In this document: piece after piece, positions 1 to 9,505 of the stretch
Numbering within the stretch: the stretch's first letter is position 1
How the letters are laid out: each line of letters opens with the position of its first letter
NCBI GenBank assembly: GCA_963422365.1
Contig: OY729426.1
Span: forward strand, 768,001-832,000
Origin: Nitrospirales bacterium
GTDB taxonomy: Bacteria > Nitrospirota > Nitrospiria > Nitrospirales > UBA8639
DNA length: 64,000 nt
Direction: 5' to 3'
Translations under genes and position numbers: made by a program
Notes under the pieces: model-generated
Databases searched by the model: none
The model's input: only the letters and a program-made list of their open reading frames with translations
Told to the model about the DNA's origin: nothing

Positions 1-162
1 GTCGTAGGTTTCTCGGGAAGTGAACAGGCCTATCATCAGGACGCCCCGGTCCGGGGCAAACCCCTCCACGGATAATGTCAAATCGCCATGCAAGGGTTCG
101 GCCGCAGCCGAAAACAGACAACCGAGCGACAGCCACGCAGAAAAGAATAGTTTAGACGTCAT
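1..162 (-). CDS. DUF2141-like secreted protein, 5' part (runs off window start)
   Basis: Manual minus-strand translation MTSKLFFSAWLSLGCLFSAAAEPLHGDLTLSVEGFAPDRGVLMIGLFTSRETYD shows a signal peptide then a DUF2141-like start. AGAGGGAGG RBS upstream. Not in the ORF track. Confidence 0.6.
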   Translation of the reverse strand, partial: MTSKLFFSAWLSLGCLFSAAAEPLHGDLTLSVEGFAPDRGVLMIGLFTSRETYD

Positions 163-214
163 GGAATGTTCCTCCCTCTTCTTCAGCAGCGTACGGTATA
201 TGATTATATATGCA

Positions 215-232
215 TATACAAATAGTTGCATA
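215..232. promoter_or_regulatory. Candidate PadR operator
   Basis: Imperfect palindrome TATACAA-ATAG-TTGCATA in the AT-rich spacer between the divergent DUF2141-like and padR genes. Confidence 0.45.
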
Positions 233-360
233 TAGGATAAAAAAGTATAGGATCACGTTTCGGATTAGTCAAGACCGACTACATCTGTTGTATTGACGGA
301 CCGGACCATGCCGTTGCTACAGAACAAGGCAAAGCCATTCAACAAGACAGGAGATCCATC

Positions 361-912
361 ATGTCGTTACGTCACGCCTTACTCGTATCATTGAGCAGAA
401 AACAGGGTACGGGTTACGAAATCGCCAACGAATTCGACCGAGGGCTGGGTTATTTCTGGCCGGCCAGCCACCAGCAAATCTATCAGGAACTCGGCAAAAT
501 GGCAGTTGAGAGGCTGGTGGCGTTCACGCGGCGACAACAACCGGATAAACCACCGAAGAAAATTTATCGCGTAACCGGAAATGGACGAAAATCCCTGATT
601 GCATGGCTGGCAACACCGGTCGATATGCCAGCGGTCAAAGACCCCCTGTTGATTAAATTGTTTGCCGGAGACTTGATACCAGCGCAAACGCTGCTTGATG
701 AAATCGACCGTCATAACGCGATCAACGCGGAAATACTTTCACGCTACCGTTCAATAGAGAAACAATATTTTGACAATCCCGATGCATTGCCCGCCACCAG
801 TCAGTTCATATATATGACCCTGTTACGGGGGATTACCGCGAGAAAAGCGTGGCGTGCCTGGGCTCTGCGAGTCAGGCGTTTTTTGGAAAATCAGGCGCAC
901 AACGCATCGTGA
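361..912 (+). CDS. PadR family transcriptional regulator (AphA-like C-terminus)
   Basis: MSLRHALL...TGYEI...GYFWPASHQQIYQEL...KKIYRVTGNGR wHTH; C-terminal YMTLLRGI...W. Confidence 0.9.
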   Translation: MSLRHALLVSLSRKQGTGYEIANEFDRGLGYFWPASHQQIYQELGKMAVERLVAFTRRQQPDKPPKKIYRVTGNGRKSLIAWLATPVDMPAVKDPLLIKLFAGDLIPAQTLLDEIDRHNAINAEILSRYRSIEKQYFDNPDALPATSQFIYMTLLRGITARKAWRAWALRVRRFLENQAHNAS

Positions 913-945
913 CAATAGAGAACGAATAGCCCCAAGATTCACCGT

Positions 946-2658
946 ATGACCCACGAACGGCAACTCTCTCTTCCCTTGCCACCGCCGCCGGCCGACGCGG
1001 ATGTGCCGCTCATTCCGGCGCGCATGGTCAATGAATGGGTGTATTGTCCGCGGCTTGCCTATCTGGAGTGGGTGGAGGGCGAATGGGCGGAGAGCGGCGA
1101 TACCGCCGAGGGGAGGCGCGTGCATGCCCGGGTTGATGAGGGCGGGGGCCATCTGCCCGAGCCCGAGGATCTCGACGAAGAAATGGCTCGGGCTCGAGCG
1201 GTCACCATGTCTTCGGAACGCCTGGGCATGATCGCAAAGATGGACGTGGTGGAGGCGGACGGGGGAATAGTCATGCCCGTGGATTTCAAGAAGGGCAAGC
1301 GGCCGCACGTCGCCGCGGGCGCCTACGAGCCTGAGCGGGTCCAGGTCTGCACCCAGGCCATGATTCTCGAAGACAACGGGTACACAGTCGAGCGGGGCGC
1401 GTTGTGGTACGCCGGGTCGCGTGAGAAGGTGCCGGTCGTCTTAGACGATGAACTCCGTGCCCTGACGCTGGAAGCCATCTTTGGCCTTCGTTCGGCCGCT
1501 GTCTCAAGGCACCGGCCGCCGCCGCTCGAAAACAGCCCCAAGTGTCCGCGTTGCTCACTGGCCGGCATCTGCCTGCCGGATGAGACCAACCTCTTCCGAA
1601 AGGGATATCCCCCACGGCCGCTCAACCCGGCCGACGATCCGGCGCTTCCGCTCTACGTGCAGACCCCGGGCGCACGACTGCGCAAGAGCGGCGAACAATT
1701 GATCGTCGAGATCGAAGAAGAGAAGGTGGCAATGCCCATGATTGACGTGTCCCAGGTGGCTCTCTTCGGTCCGGTCTCGGTGACCACACCGGCTCTGCAT
1801 GAACTGATGCGTGCCGAAATTCCGGTATCATGGTTCTCTACCGGTGGCTGGTTCCTCGGCCATACGATTGGAACCGGCAACGGCAACGTGGCCGTGCGCG
1901 AGGCACAATACCGGGTGGCCTTTGATGAACGTCGTTGCCTCGCGTTCTCGCGTGATCTCGTTGCGGCGAAAGTACGAAACTCACGCACGCTGTTGCGCCG
2001 CAACTGGCGCACGGACAGGGGTCTCGGTGCCAGAGAAGAGACTCTGACCAGACTGAATCGCATCGCCCAACAAGCACCCCACGTCAAGGACATTCCACAG
2101 CTCTTAGGCATTGAGGGTGAGGCCGCAGCCGTCTACTTCGCTTGCTTCGAGAACATGCTCGCAACGGACGCAAAAGAAAGCCTGGCCGCGTTTTCCTTCT
2201 CGACGCGCAACCGACGTCCGCCCACGGACCCCGTGAACGCGATGTTGTCGTTGGCGTATGCCCTGCTGACGCGCACCTTCGCGACGACGATCTCGGCGAC
2301 CGGGTTGGACCCCTACATGGGCCTCTACCATCGTCCGCGCCAGGGGCGTCCGGCGCTGGCCCTCGACGTGATGGAGCCGTTCCGACCCATTGTTGCCGAT
2401 TCCTGTGTGATCCAGGCCGTCAACAACGGCGAGGTCAAGCCGGGTGATTTCGTGTTCAACGGGCCAGCGTGTGCGCTGAAACCCGGAGGTCGTAAGGCGT
2501 TCATGGCCGCGTTCGAGCGCCGCATGGAACAGGAGACCACCCATCCGCTTTTCGGCTATCGCGTCTCCATGCGCCGGTTGATCGACGTTCAGGCGCGGCT
2601 GCTCGCCCGATATTTGCAAGGCGAACTCTCCACCTATCCGCATTATCTCCCCCGGTAA
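946..2658 (+). CDS. cas1: CRISPR-associated Cas4-Cas1 fusion
   Basis: N-terminal Cas4 (YCPRLAYLEW, DFKKG, CPRCSLAGIC) fused to Cas1 (GIEGEAAAVYF, RNRRPPTDPVNAMLSLAY, ALDVMEPFRP). This architecture is typical of type I-G/I-U. Confidence 0.96.
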   Translation: MTHERQLSLPLPPPPADADVPLIPARMVNEWVYCPRLAYLEWVEGEWAESGDTAEGRRVHARVDEGGGHLPEPEDLDEEMARARAVTMSSERLGMIAKMDVVEADGGIVMPVDFKKGKRPHVAAGAYEPERVQVCTQAMILEDNGYTVERGALWYAGSREKVPVVLDDELRALTLEAIFGLRSAAVSRHRPPPLENSPKCPRCSLAGICLPDETNLFRKGYPPRPLNPADDPALPLYVQTPGARLRKSGEQLIVEIEEEKVAMPMIDVSQVALFGPVSVTTPALHELMRAEIPVSWFSTGGWFLGHTIGTGNGNVAVREAQYRVAFDERRCLAFSRDLVAAKVRNSRTLLRRNWRTDRGLGAREETLTRLNRIAQQAPHVKDIPQLLGIEGEAAAVYFACFENMLATDAKESLAAFSFSTRNRRPPTDPVNAMLSLAYALLTRTFATTISATGLDPYMGLYHRPRQGRPALALDVMEPFRPIVADSCVIQAVNNGEVKPGDFVFNGPACALKPGGRKAFMAAFERRMEQETTHPLFGYRVSMRRLIDVQARLLARYLQGELSTYPHYLPR

Positions 2659-2663
2659 CCGTC

Positions 2664-2957
2664 ATGGCCGACGAACGTCTCTACATCGTGACGTACGACA
2701 TTGCTGAGCCGAAGCGCTGGCGGCGGGTCTTCAAGGTGATGAAGGGCTACGGCCACTGGCTGCAATTGTCGGTCTTCCAATGTCGGCTGACAGCTAGGCG
2801 GCGCGCCGAAATGACCGCGCGTTTGGAAGGCTTGATCAAATTAGCGGAGGATCACGTTCTGATCCTTGACCTAGGTCTTGCCGACCAAGTTGATCCCCAC
2901 GTCGAGAGCTTGGGCAAGGTCTATGAAATGCCGACCCGGCAGGCGACAATTGTCTAG
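2664..2957 (+). CDS. cas2: CRISPR-associated endonuclease Cas2
   Basis: YIVTYDI...LQLSVFQC motif; lies between cas1 and the array. Confidence 0.96.
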   Translation: MADERLYIVTYDIAEPKRWRRVFKVMKGYGHWLQLSVFQCRLTARRRAEMTARLEGLIKLAEDHVLILDLGLADQVDPHVESLGKVYEMPTRQATIV

Positions 2958-3166
2958 GCTCTGATGTGCCGATCTTCAGGCGAGTGCTTCGGTACCCCAG
3001 AAATTATGGGCAGTCCTCGCATCGCGTTGTTCTCTTGTCTGAGAAGGAGATACCCGAAACCTATGTGGATATTGAAAGAGAGTTCAGGTATTCTTGGAGA
3101 CATCAGAGTCCAGTGCTCGCGGTGCATCGAAATAAGCCAAACCACTCAAGGAGATCGAAGGCGGCT
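2958..3166 (+). promoter_or_regulatory. CRISPR leader
   Basis: ~210-bp non-coding stretch between the cas2 stop and the first repeat; variant repeats lie at the far end of the array. Confidence 0.7.
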
Positions 3167-5006
3167 AATTCCGAGGCATATTTGCCTCGGCCTCATTGAA
3201 GCGCCGCCCGCGTCCGTCCGGCGTTGGCGCTCGGGGAAAATTCCGAGGCATATTTGCCTCGGCCTCATTGAAGCAAATTCTTTTTGATCGCGGACAAGGT
3301 TTTGCAATTAATTCCGAGGCATATTTGCCTCGGCCTCATTGAAGCCTACGCCGCCGATTCCGGTGTGGTGCAGATCGAGAGAATTCCGAGGCATATTTGC
3401 CTCGGCCTCATTGAAGCTTGTCACTGTGGCGCTTGCGATTAATCTCATCTTGCAATTCCGAGGCATATTTGCCTCGGCCTCATTGAAGCCCCGCCTCGTG
3501 TGGGGACGGACACCACCGGGAAGAGGGAATTCCGAGGCATATTTGCCTCGGCCTCATTGAAGCGGCCGTCCACTGCGCCGCGACACTGACGATATTACTG
3601 AATTCCGAGGCATATTTGCCTCGGCCTCATTGAAGCCTCTCGAGAGTCCGCAAGCCCTGCGGCCATGCGCTAATTCCGAGGCATATTTGCCTCGGCCTCA
3701 TTGAAGCCTCGGATCATTGCTACCGCCGGCCGAGTGAGGGATCAAATTCCGAGGCATATTTGCCTCGGCCTCATTGAAGCGACGGTCGCCGAGGCGGTAT
3801 ATTGGCGCCCGGGCTGCCAATTCCGAGGCATATTTGCCTCGGCCTCATTGAAGCCTTTTTATTTTTCCCTTCTTCCCTCTTCCTTTTTAAATTCCGAGGC
3901 ATATTTGCCTCGGCCTCATTGAAGCTATTTCCACTCGCACCGCGAGTGGGGTGGGCGTGAGAATTCCGAGGCATATTTGCCTCGGCCTCATTGAAGCTTA
4001 GAATCTGATTCTAAAAACTGAATCCTCATCTCGAATTCCGAGGCATATTTGCCTCGGCCTCATTGAAGCTTTAGTCAGGGTGAGGGGCTCTCGCGCGAGC
4101 ACCAGAATTCCGAGGCATATTTGCCTCGGCCTCATTGAAGCTTTTTTGCCTTCGATTTTCATTCTTGGCGGTGTGCTAAATTCCGAGGCATATTTGCCTC
4201 GGCCTCATTGAAGCGCTCCTTGTGTCCGCCTCTCTATTTTTTTTGCCGTGAATTCCGAGGCATATTTGCCTCGGCCTCATTGAAGCCGTATACTGCGGCG
4301 CCGGCGCCGCAGCAGGCCTGGCAATTCCGAGGCATATTTGCCTCGGCCTCATTGAAGCCTTCTCCCCTTCTTCCTTCTTAATTCTTCCTTCTTAAATTCC
4401 GAGGCATATTTGCCTCGGCCTCATTGAAGCTCGAGTGCCCCCACTAATTCCTTCAAAGACTCGGATTAATTCCGAGGCATATTTGCCTCGGCCTCATTGA
4501 AGCCTTGCATGACTGATAGTAGGGGTTCCTTCAGGAACAATTCCGAGGCATATTTGCCTCGGCCTCATTGAAGCCCAGAGGGGGTATCCCTAGATGGGTA
4601 CACCCCTTCGAATTCCGAGGCATATTTGCCTCGGCCTCATTGAAGCTTGTTGCCCAAATTTGGAAAATAGAAAGGGGAAAAAATTCCGAGGCATATTTGC
4701 CTCGGCCTCATTGAAGCTTTGCTAATATTGTCAATTTGCATTCGAGCGCTATTAATTCCGAGGCATATTTGCCTCGGCCTCATTGAAGCTTGGACTCCTG
4801 CCCGCTTTCTCGACGACAATTGGATGAATTCCGAGGCATATTTGCCTCGGCCTCATTGAAGCAAAACAGACTCAGAGATAGAAGATTCTGGATTCTTACA
4901 TTCCGAGGCATATTTGCCTCGGCCTCATTGAAGCATGACGGCTGACGATCGTAATCCTCATGTCTGCACTCATTCCGAGGCATATTTGCCTCGGCCTCAT
5001 TGAAGC
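3167..5006 (+). CRISPR. CRISPR array, 26 repeats / 25 spacers
   Basis: 36-nt repeat AATTCCGAGGCATATTTGCCTCGGCCTCATTGAAGC (hairpin CCGAGGCA/TGCCTCGG, 3' ATTGAAGC). Spacers 35-38 nt, all different. The last two repeats start with C instead of A. Confidence 0.99.
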
Positions 5007-5269
5007 CGCTCGCCGCCACTCCGTCACCAGCCCGCCGCTATGGCAAGCGGGGATGGCGCTGCTACACCAGAGGAAAGAACGGGAATTGTCAACGAATTCG
5101 TGAACATATTCTATTCCAGGGATGGGATGGTGTGCTGCAAAACAAAAAGTTGTGAAAATTTGGCGTTCTGTTTGAGCCGAAGTGTATACTGTCAATATGA
5201 GCAGCTTTTCTTCGTTGCAAGGTGATATCGAAAAGCCAAGGTCCATTGAATCTGGAAAGAAGTGAAGTC

Positions 5270-5638
5270 ATGAAGCGATCCACACTGAGTGTGCTTCTTG
5301 TGTTGTTGATCCTGAACGCTTCATTGGTCTTTGCCGCTTCTTCACCGTTTAGGATTCAAATGGAATCCTGGTCTCCGTATTTCACCCCCTTAGCCGCCAC
5401 TGTGACTGCTGGCAGCACGATTCGTTGGGAGAATCCCACCGGTACGCATCACACCATTACCCATGATGGATGCCTGGGAACCGATACGTGCGTCTTTGAT
5501 TCAGGGTCCATCCATCCTGATGGCGTGTTTGAAATATCAGGGCTTCCCCCTGGTCTGTATACGTACCATTGCACGCTGCATCCCATTATGCGCGGGGCGG
5601 TGGTTATCATAAGTTCTGAGCACTCCTCCGAAATTTAA
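5270..5638 (+). CDS. Secreted cupredoxin (plastocyanin/azurin family)
   Basis: Signal peptide; HHTITH and YTYHCTLHPIMRG type-1 copper ligand pattern. Confidence 0.85.
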   Translation: MKRSTLSVLLVLLILNASLVFAASSPFRIQMESWSPYFTPLAATVTAGSTIRWENPTGTHHTITHDGCLGTDTCVFDSGSIHPDGVFEISGLPPGLYTYHCTLHPIMRGAVVIISSEHSSEI

Positions 5639-5796
5639 GACCCCTCCATTCAAAAATCTGTGGCGTTGTCAAGACTCTACAAATGGGTGCCAAGCAATGG
5701 GGTTCGTGAAAAATTTTTAATTTCCCCTTGACTCCGGCACATGTATTTATATTATGAAACAGGATGGAGCAATCGGAAGGGTGAAGGGAGAGAACA

Positions 5797-6753
5797 GTGG
5801 GATCGATGGTTGAGCTACGACAGCTTCGGAAAACTTTCGGACCGATTATTGCGGTAGACGAGGTGTCGTTTACGGTCAGCCAGGGCGAGGTGCTGGGATT
5901 TTTAGGGCCGAATGGTGCGGGGAAATCCACGACCATGAAAATGGTCACAGGGTTTCTGACTCCAACCAGGGGAACGGTCAAGGTCAACGGATTCGATGTT
6001 CAGGAAGAGCCTCTCGATGCCAAAAAAAGCCTGGGGTATCTCCCGGAAGGTGCCCCGGCCTATGGAGAGATGACGCCGCTGAGTTTTTTGTTGTTTATTG
6101 GTGAAATGCGCGGTTTTCGTGGAGCGGATTTGCATCACCGAGTGTCAGAGACTATGGAAAAAGTGAATCTTGAGGGTGTGATTCATCAGCCCATTGAAAC
6201 CCTTTCCAAGGGATTCAGGCGGCGAGTAGGATTGGCCCAGGCCATTATGCATGATCCTTCCGTGTTGATTCTTGACGAACCAACCGACGGGCTTGATCCC
6301 AATCAAAAGCATGAAGTGCGTGGGCTCATCAAAACCATGGCGCGAGAAAAAGCCATTATTCTGTCGACGCATGTTTTAGAAGAAGTTCACGCGGTGTGCA
6401 CTCGCGCCATGATTATCGCCAAAGGCAAGGTAATCACCGATGGCACGCCGGCCGACTTGGAGGCCCGATCCCGCTATCACAATGCGGTGATCCTTCGATT
6501 GCAAGGGCCCCTCCCCGATGGCGTACAAGCGATTCTTGAAGGGGTCCTTGGCGTCAAGAGGGCCGAAGTCATCGATGAGGGCAAGGCGGAGCATGAATAT
6601 CGAATCATCCCGGAAGACGGGCAACCCATCATCAGTGCGGTCAGCCAGTGTGTGCACCGTCAAAACTGGGACATGGTTGAGCTATCCGTGGACCACGGGC
6701 ACTTGGATGAGGTCTTTCGAGTGCTAACCATGCCCGCTCAAGCCCTCACGTAG
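5797..6753 (+). CDS. ABC transporter ATP-binding protein (GldA-like)
   Basis: Walker A GPNGAGKST, LSKGFRRRVGLA signature, ILDEPT. Confidence 0.92.
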   Translation: MGSMVELRQLRKTFGPIIAVDEVSFTVSQGEVLGFLGPNGAGKSTTMKMVTGFLTPTRGTVKVNGFDVQEEPLDAKKSLGYLPEGAPAYGEMTPLSFLLFIGEMRGFRGADLHHRVSETMEKVNLEGVIHQPIETLSKGFRRRVGLAQAIMHDPSVLILDEPTDGLDPNQKHEVRGLIKTMAREKAIILSTHVLEEVHAVCTRAMIIAKGKVITDGTPADLEARSRYHNAVILRLQGPLPDGVQAILEGVLGVKRAEVIDEGKAEHEYRIIPEDGQPIISAVSQCVHRQNWDMVELSVDHGHLDEVFRVLTMPAQALT

Positions 6754-6804
6754 AGAACCCATGGTGAGAAAGGGCCGAGGAAAGGATCGGCAAAACGGCA
6801 GGTT

Positions 6805-7539
6805 ATGGGCAGAATCGGCGTCATTTTTAAACGAGAACTGATCGGGTACTTTGCGACTCCGATTGCGGCAGTGTTCATTATCATCTTCTTGATGCTTACG
6901 GGGGCCTTTACCTTTTATCTGGGGAACTTTTTTGCTCGTGGCCAAGCGGATCTCATCCCCTTTTTCGATTTTCATCCATGGCTCTATTTGGTCTTGATCC
7001 CGGCCTTGGCCATGCGGCTCTGGGCAGAGGAACGGCGAGGGGGAACCATCGAATTGCTGTTCACGCTCCCTGTGACCCTGTGGGAAGCGGTGGTGGGCAA
7101 GTTTTTGGCGGCTTGGTGTTTTACGGGCATTGCTCTCGCCCTGACCTTTCCTGCGTGGGTGACCGTGAATATCTTGGGGGAACCGGATAACGGGGTGATT
7201 CTGGCGGGTTACCTCGGAAGCTTTTTAATGGCGGGTGGCTTTATGGCGCTTGGCTCATGTGTGTCGGCCCTCACCAAAAACCAGGTGATTGCCTTTGTGA
7301 TCAGTGTGGTCGTCGGGTTGGGTTTTGTCCTCAGCGGCTTCCCCTTGGTGTTGGATTTTTTTAACGGGTGGGCCCCGCAATTCTTGTTGGAACTGATCAG
7401 CTCTTTCAGTTTCCTGACACACTTTCATGCCTTGAGTCGTGGGGTCATCGATGTGCGCGACTTGGTGTATTTTCTCTCGCTCATTGGCTTTTGGTTGTTT
7501 GCAACAGCGCTCATTCTGGAATGGAAAAAGGCTGAGTAA
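6805..7539 (+). CDS. ABC-2 permease (GldF-like)
   Basis: Hydrophobic; MRLWAEERRGGTIELLFTLP motif. Confidence 0.9.
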   Translation: MGRIGVIFKRELIGYFATPIAAVFIIIFLMLTGAFTFYLGNFFARGQADLIPFFDFHPWLYLVLIPALAMRLWAEERRGGTIELLFTLPVTLWEAVVGKFLAAWCFTGIALALTFPAWVTVNILGEPDNGVILAGYLGSFLMAGGFMALGSCVSALTKNQVIAFVISVVVGLGFVLSGFPLVLDFFNGWAPQFLLELISSFSFLTHFHALSRGVIDVRDLVYFLSLIGFWLFATALILEWKKAE

Positions 7540-7552
7540 AGGATCGAGGTCC

Positions 7553-9505
7553 ATGAACCCCAGACTCTTAACAGGAAGTGGATTGGCGATCTCGGTGGTG
7601 TTATTTTTCACGGTGAACGTCTTAAGTCACGTGGCTTTTCGATCGGCCCGTTTCGATCTCACGGAACAACAGATCTATACCCTCTCTGAGGGCAGCAGAA
7701 ACATTTTGCAGAGCCTTGATGAGCCGATGACCCTACGGGTGTACCTGTCAAAGAAGCTGGTGACGGAATTGCCCGGCATTCAGAGCTATACCAACCGGGT
7801 GCTGGAATTGTTGCAGGAGTATGAGCAGGTCGCCGCTGGGAATCTGACCCTGCACGTCATCGACCCTGAACCTTTTTCAGAGGCAGAAGATCGGGCGGTC
7901 GGATATGGACTCAGGGGAGTTCCACTGGAGGCGGGAAACGTTCAATTCTATTTTGGATTGGTGGCCACCAATTCCATTGATGATCAGGAGATCATTCCGT
8001 TTTTTCAGCAGAGTCGGGAAGAATTTCTCGAATATGATCTCACCAAGATGGTGTACCGGTTAGCCAATCCCAAACAAAAAATCGTCGGCCTGTTCAGCAC
8101 CCTTCCCTTGGAGGGTGGTCCGCCGATGCCGTTTCTGCAAGCACAAGGTGGCCGTGCGCCCTGGATGATCATGGACAGCATCCGGGACGTGATGCAGATC
8201 ATGCCTCTCGACAAAGACATTACGGATATCCCCGAAGAAGTTGAGGTACTCATGGTGGTGCATCCCAAGGGCTTAGGTGATCCGGCCTTATATGCCATTG
8301 ACCAGTTTGTCTTGCGAGGCGGGCGAGCTTTAGTCTTTGTGGATCCCCATAGTGAAGCCGACCGGATTCTTCCCAATCCCCAAAACCCGATGGGCATGCA
8401 AGGTCCCCGCAATTCTGATCTCGGTCCGGTCTTTGATGCCTGGGGAATCGAGTTGGTCGAAGGAAAAGTGGCGGGCGATCTCCCTTTAGCCAAAAAAGTG
8501 AACTTTCAAAAACAATCCCGCACGGTTGTGGCGGATTACCCCATTTGGATTGACCTGACGCCTCGGCAGTTGAATGCCGAGGACGTCGTGACCGCAAAGC
8601 TCCCGAATCTCACCATGGCCTCAGCAGGGGTTCTTCGCAAAAAGGAAGGCCGTGCGATCGAGTTTACGCCTTTGGTGAAAACCGACGAACACGCCATGCA
8701 AATCGATTCCGCCAGTCTGCGGTTTATGCCCGACGTCGAAGACATCTTGCGGGCCTATCGGCCGGAAGGCGACCCCCTTGTGTTGGCCGCACGCGTGACC
8801 GGCAAGGTCAAAACAGCCTTTCCTGATGGCAGGCCGAACGCAGCGGATTCAGACCGACAAGGGAACCCTCAGGACGAAAAACAATCAAAACAGCACCCGC
8901 ATCTGACCGAATCTGCGGACCTCATTCACGTAATCGTGGTGGCTGACACCGACATGCTGCAAGATCGATTTTGGGTGCAAGTCCAAAATTTCCTGGGACA
9001 GCGGATCGGGATTCCCACCGCCGCGAATAATGATTTCGTGACCAATGCCTTGGACAACCTGACCGGGAGTCACGACCTGATCAGCGTCAGGAGTCGAGGG
9101 AGTATCTCTCGCCCCTTCACGTTGGTCAGATCCATTCAACAGGAGGCGGAAGCGCAGTTCCGTCAAAAAGAACAAGCCCTGCAACAACGCTTACAGGATA
9201 CCGAGCGAAAGATTCGCGAACTGCAGAACAAGAAAGAAGATCAGACCACGGTCATTTTGAGTGCTGAACAGGAGGCCACTCTTGATGGGTTCCGACAACA
9301 GTTGGTGGCGACCAGAAAAGAATTGCGGAGCGTGCAACACGAATTGCAAAAAAACATTGAACGTCTCGAAGGCGTCGTGAAGTTTTTCAACGTTGGACTC
9401 ATGCCGCTGCTTATTGCCGTCGGCGGTGTGGTTTTCAGTGCCTACAGAATGCGTTGCCGTCTCCGTGGCAACGAAGCAGGACACGGAGCCGCCACAAGAC
9501 CATGA
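7553..9505 (+). CDS. ABC transporter auxiliary protein (GldG-like)
   Basis: RFDLTEQQIYTLS, EYDLT, LYAIDQFVLRGGRALVFVDP. Start moved to ATG 7553 after GAGG. Confidence 0.88.
   Translation: MNPRLLTGSGLAISVVLFFTVNVLSHVAFRSARFDLTEQQIYTLSEGSRNILQSLDEPMTLRVYLSKKLVTELPGIQSYTNRVLELLQEYEQVAAGNLTLHVIDPEPFSEAEDRAVGYGLRGVPLEAGNVQFYFGLVATNSIDDQEIIPFFQQSREEFLEYDLTKMVYRLANPKQKIVGLFSTLPLEGGPPMPFLQAQGGRAPWMIMDSIRDVMQIMPLDKDITDIPEEVEVLMVVHPKGLGDPALYAIDQFVLRGGRALVFVDPHSEADRILPNPQNPMGMQGPRNSDLGPVFDAWGIELVEGKVAGDLPLAKKVNFQKQSRTVVADYPIWIDLTPRQLNAEDVVTAKLPNLTMASAGVLRKKEGRAIEFTPLVKTDEHAMQIDSASLRFMPDVEDILRAYRPEGDPLVLAARVTGKVKTAFPDGRPNAADSDRQGNPQDEKQSKQHPHLTESADLIHVIVVADTDMLQDRFWVQVQNFLGQRIGIPTAANNDFVTNALDNLTGSHDLISVRSRGSISRPFTLVRSIQQEAEAQFRQKEQALQQRLQDTERKIRELQNKKEDQTTVILSAEQEATLDGFRQQLVATRKELRSVQHELQKNIERLEGVVKFFNVGLMPLLIAVGGVVFSAYRMRCRLRGNEAGHGAATRP

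Noticed and set aside
4359..4394. Self-targeting of 21310-21343 by spacer 17
   Set aside because: Only ~13 nt are shared, in low-complexity sequence.
2964..5246. Short ORFs across the leader and array
   Set aside because: Translations of CRISPR repeats and spacers.
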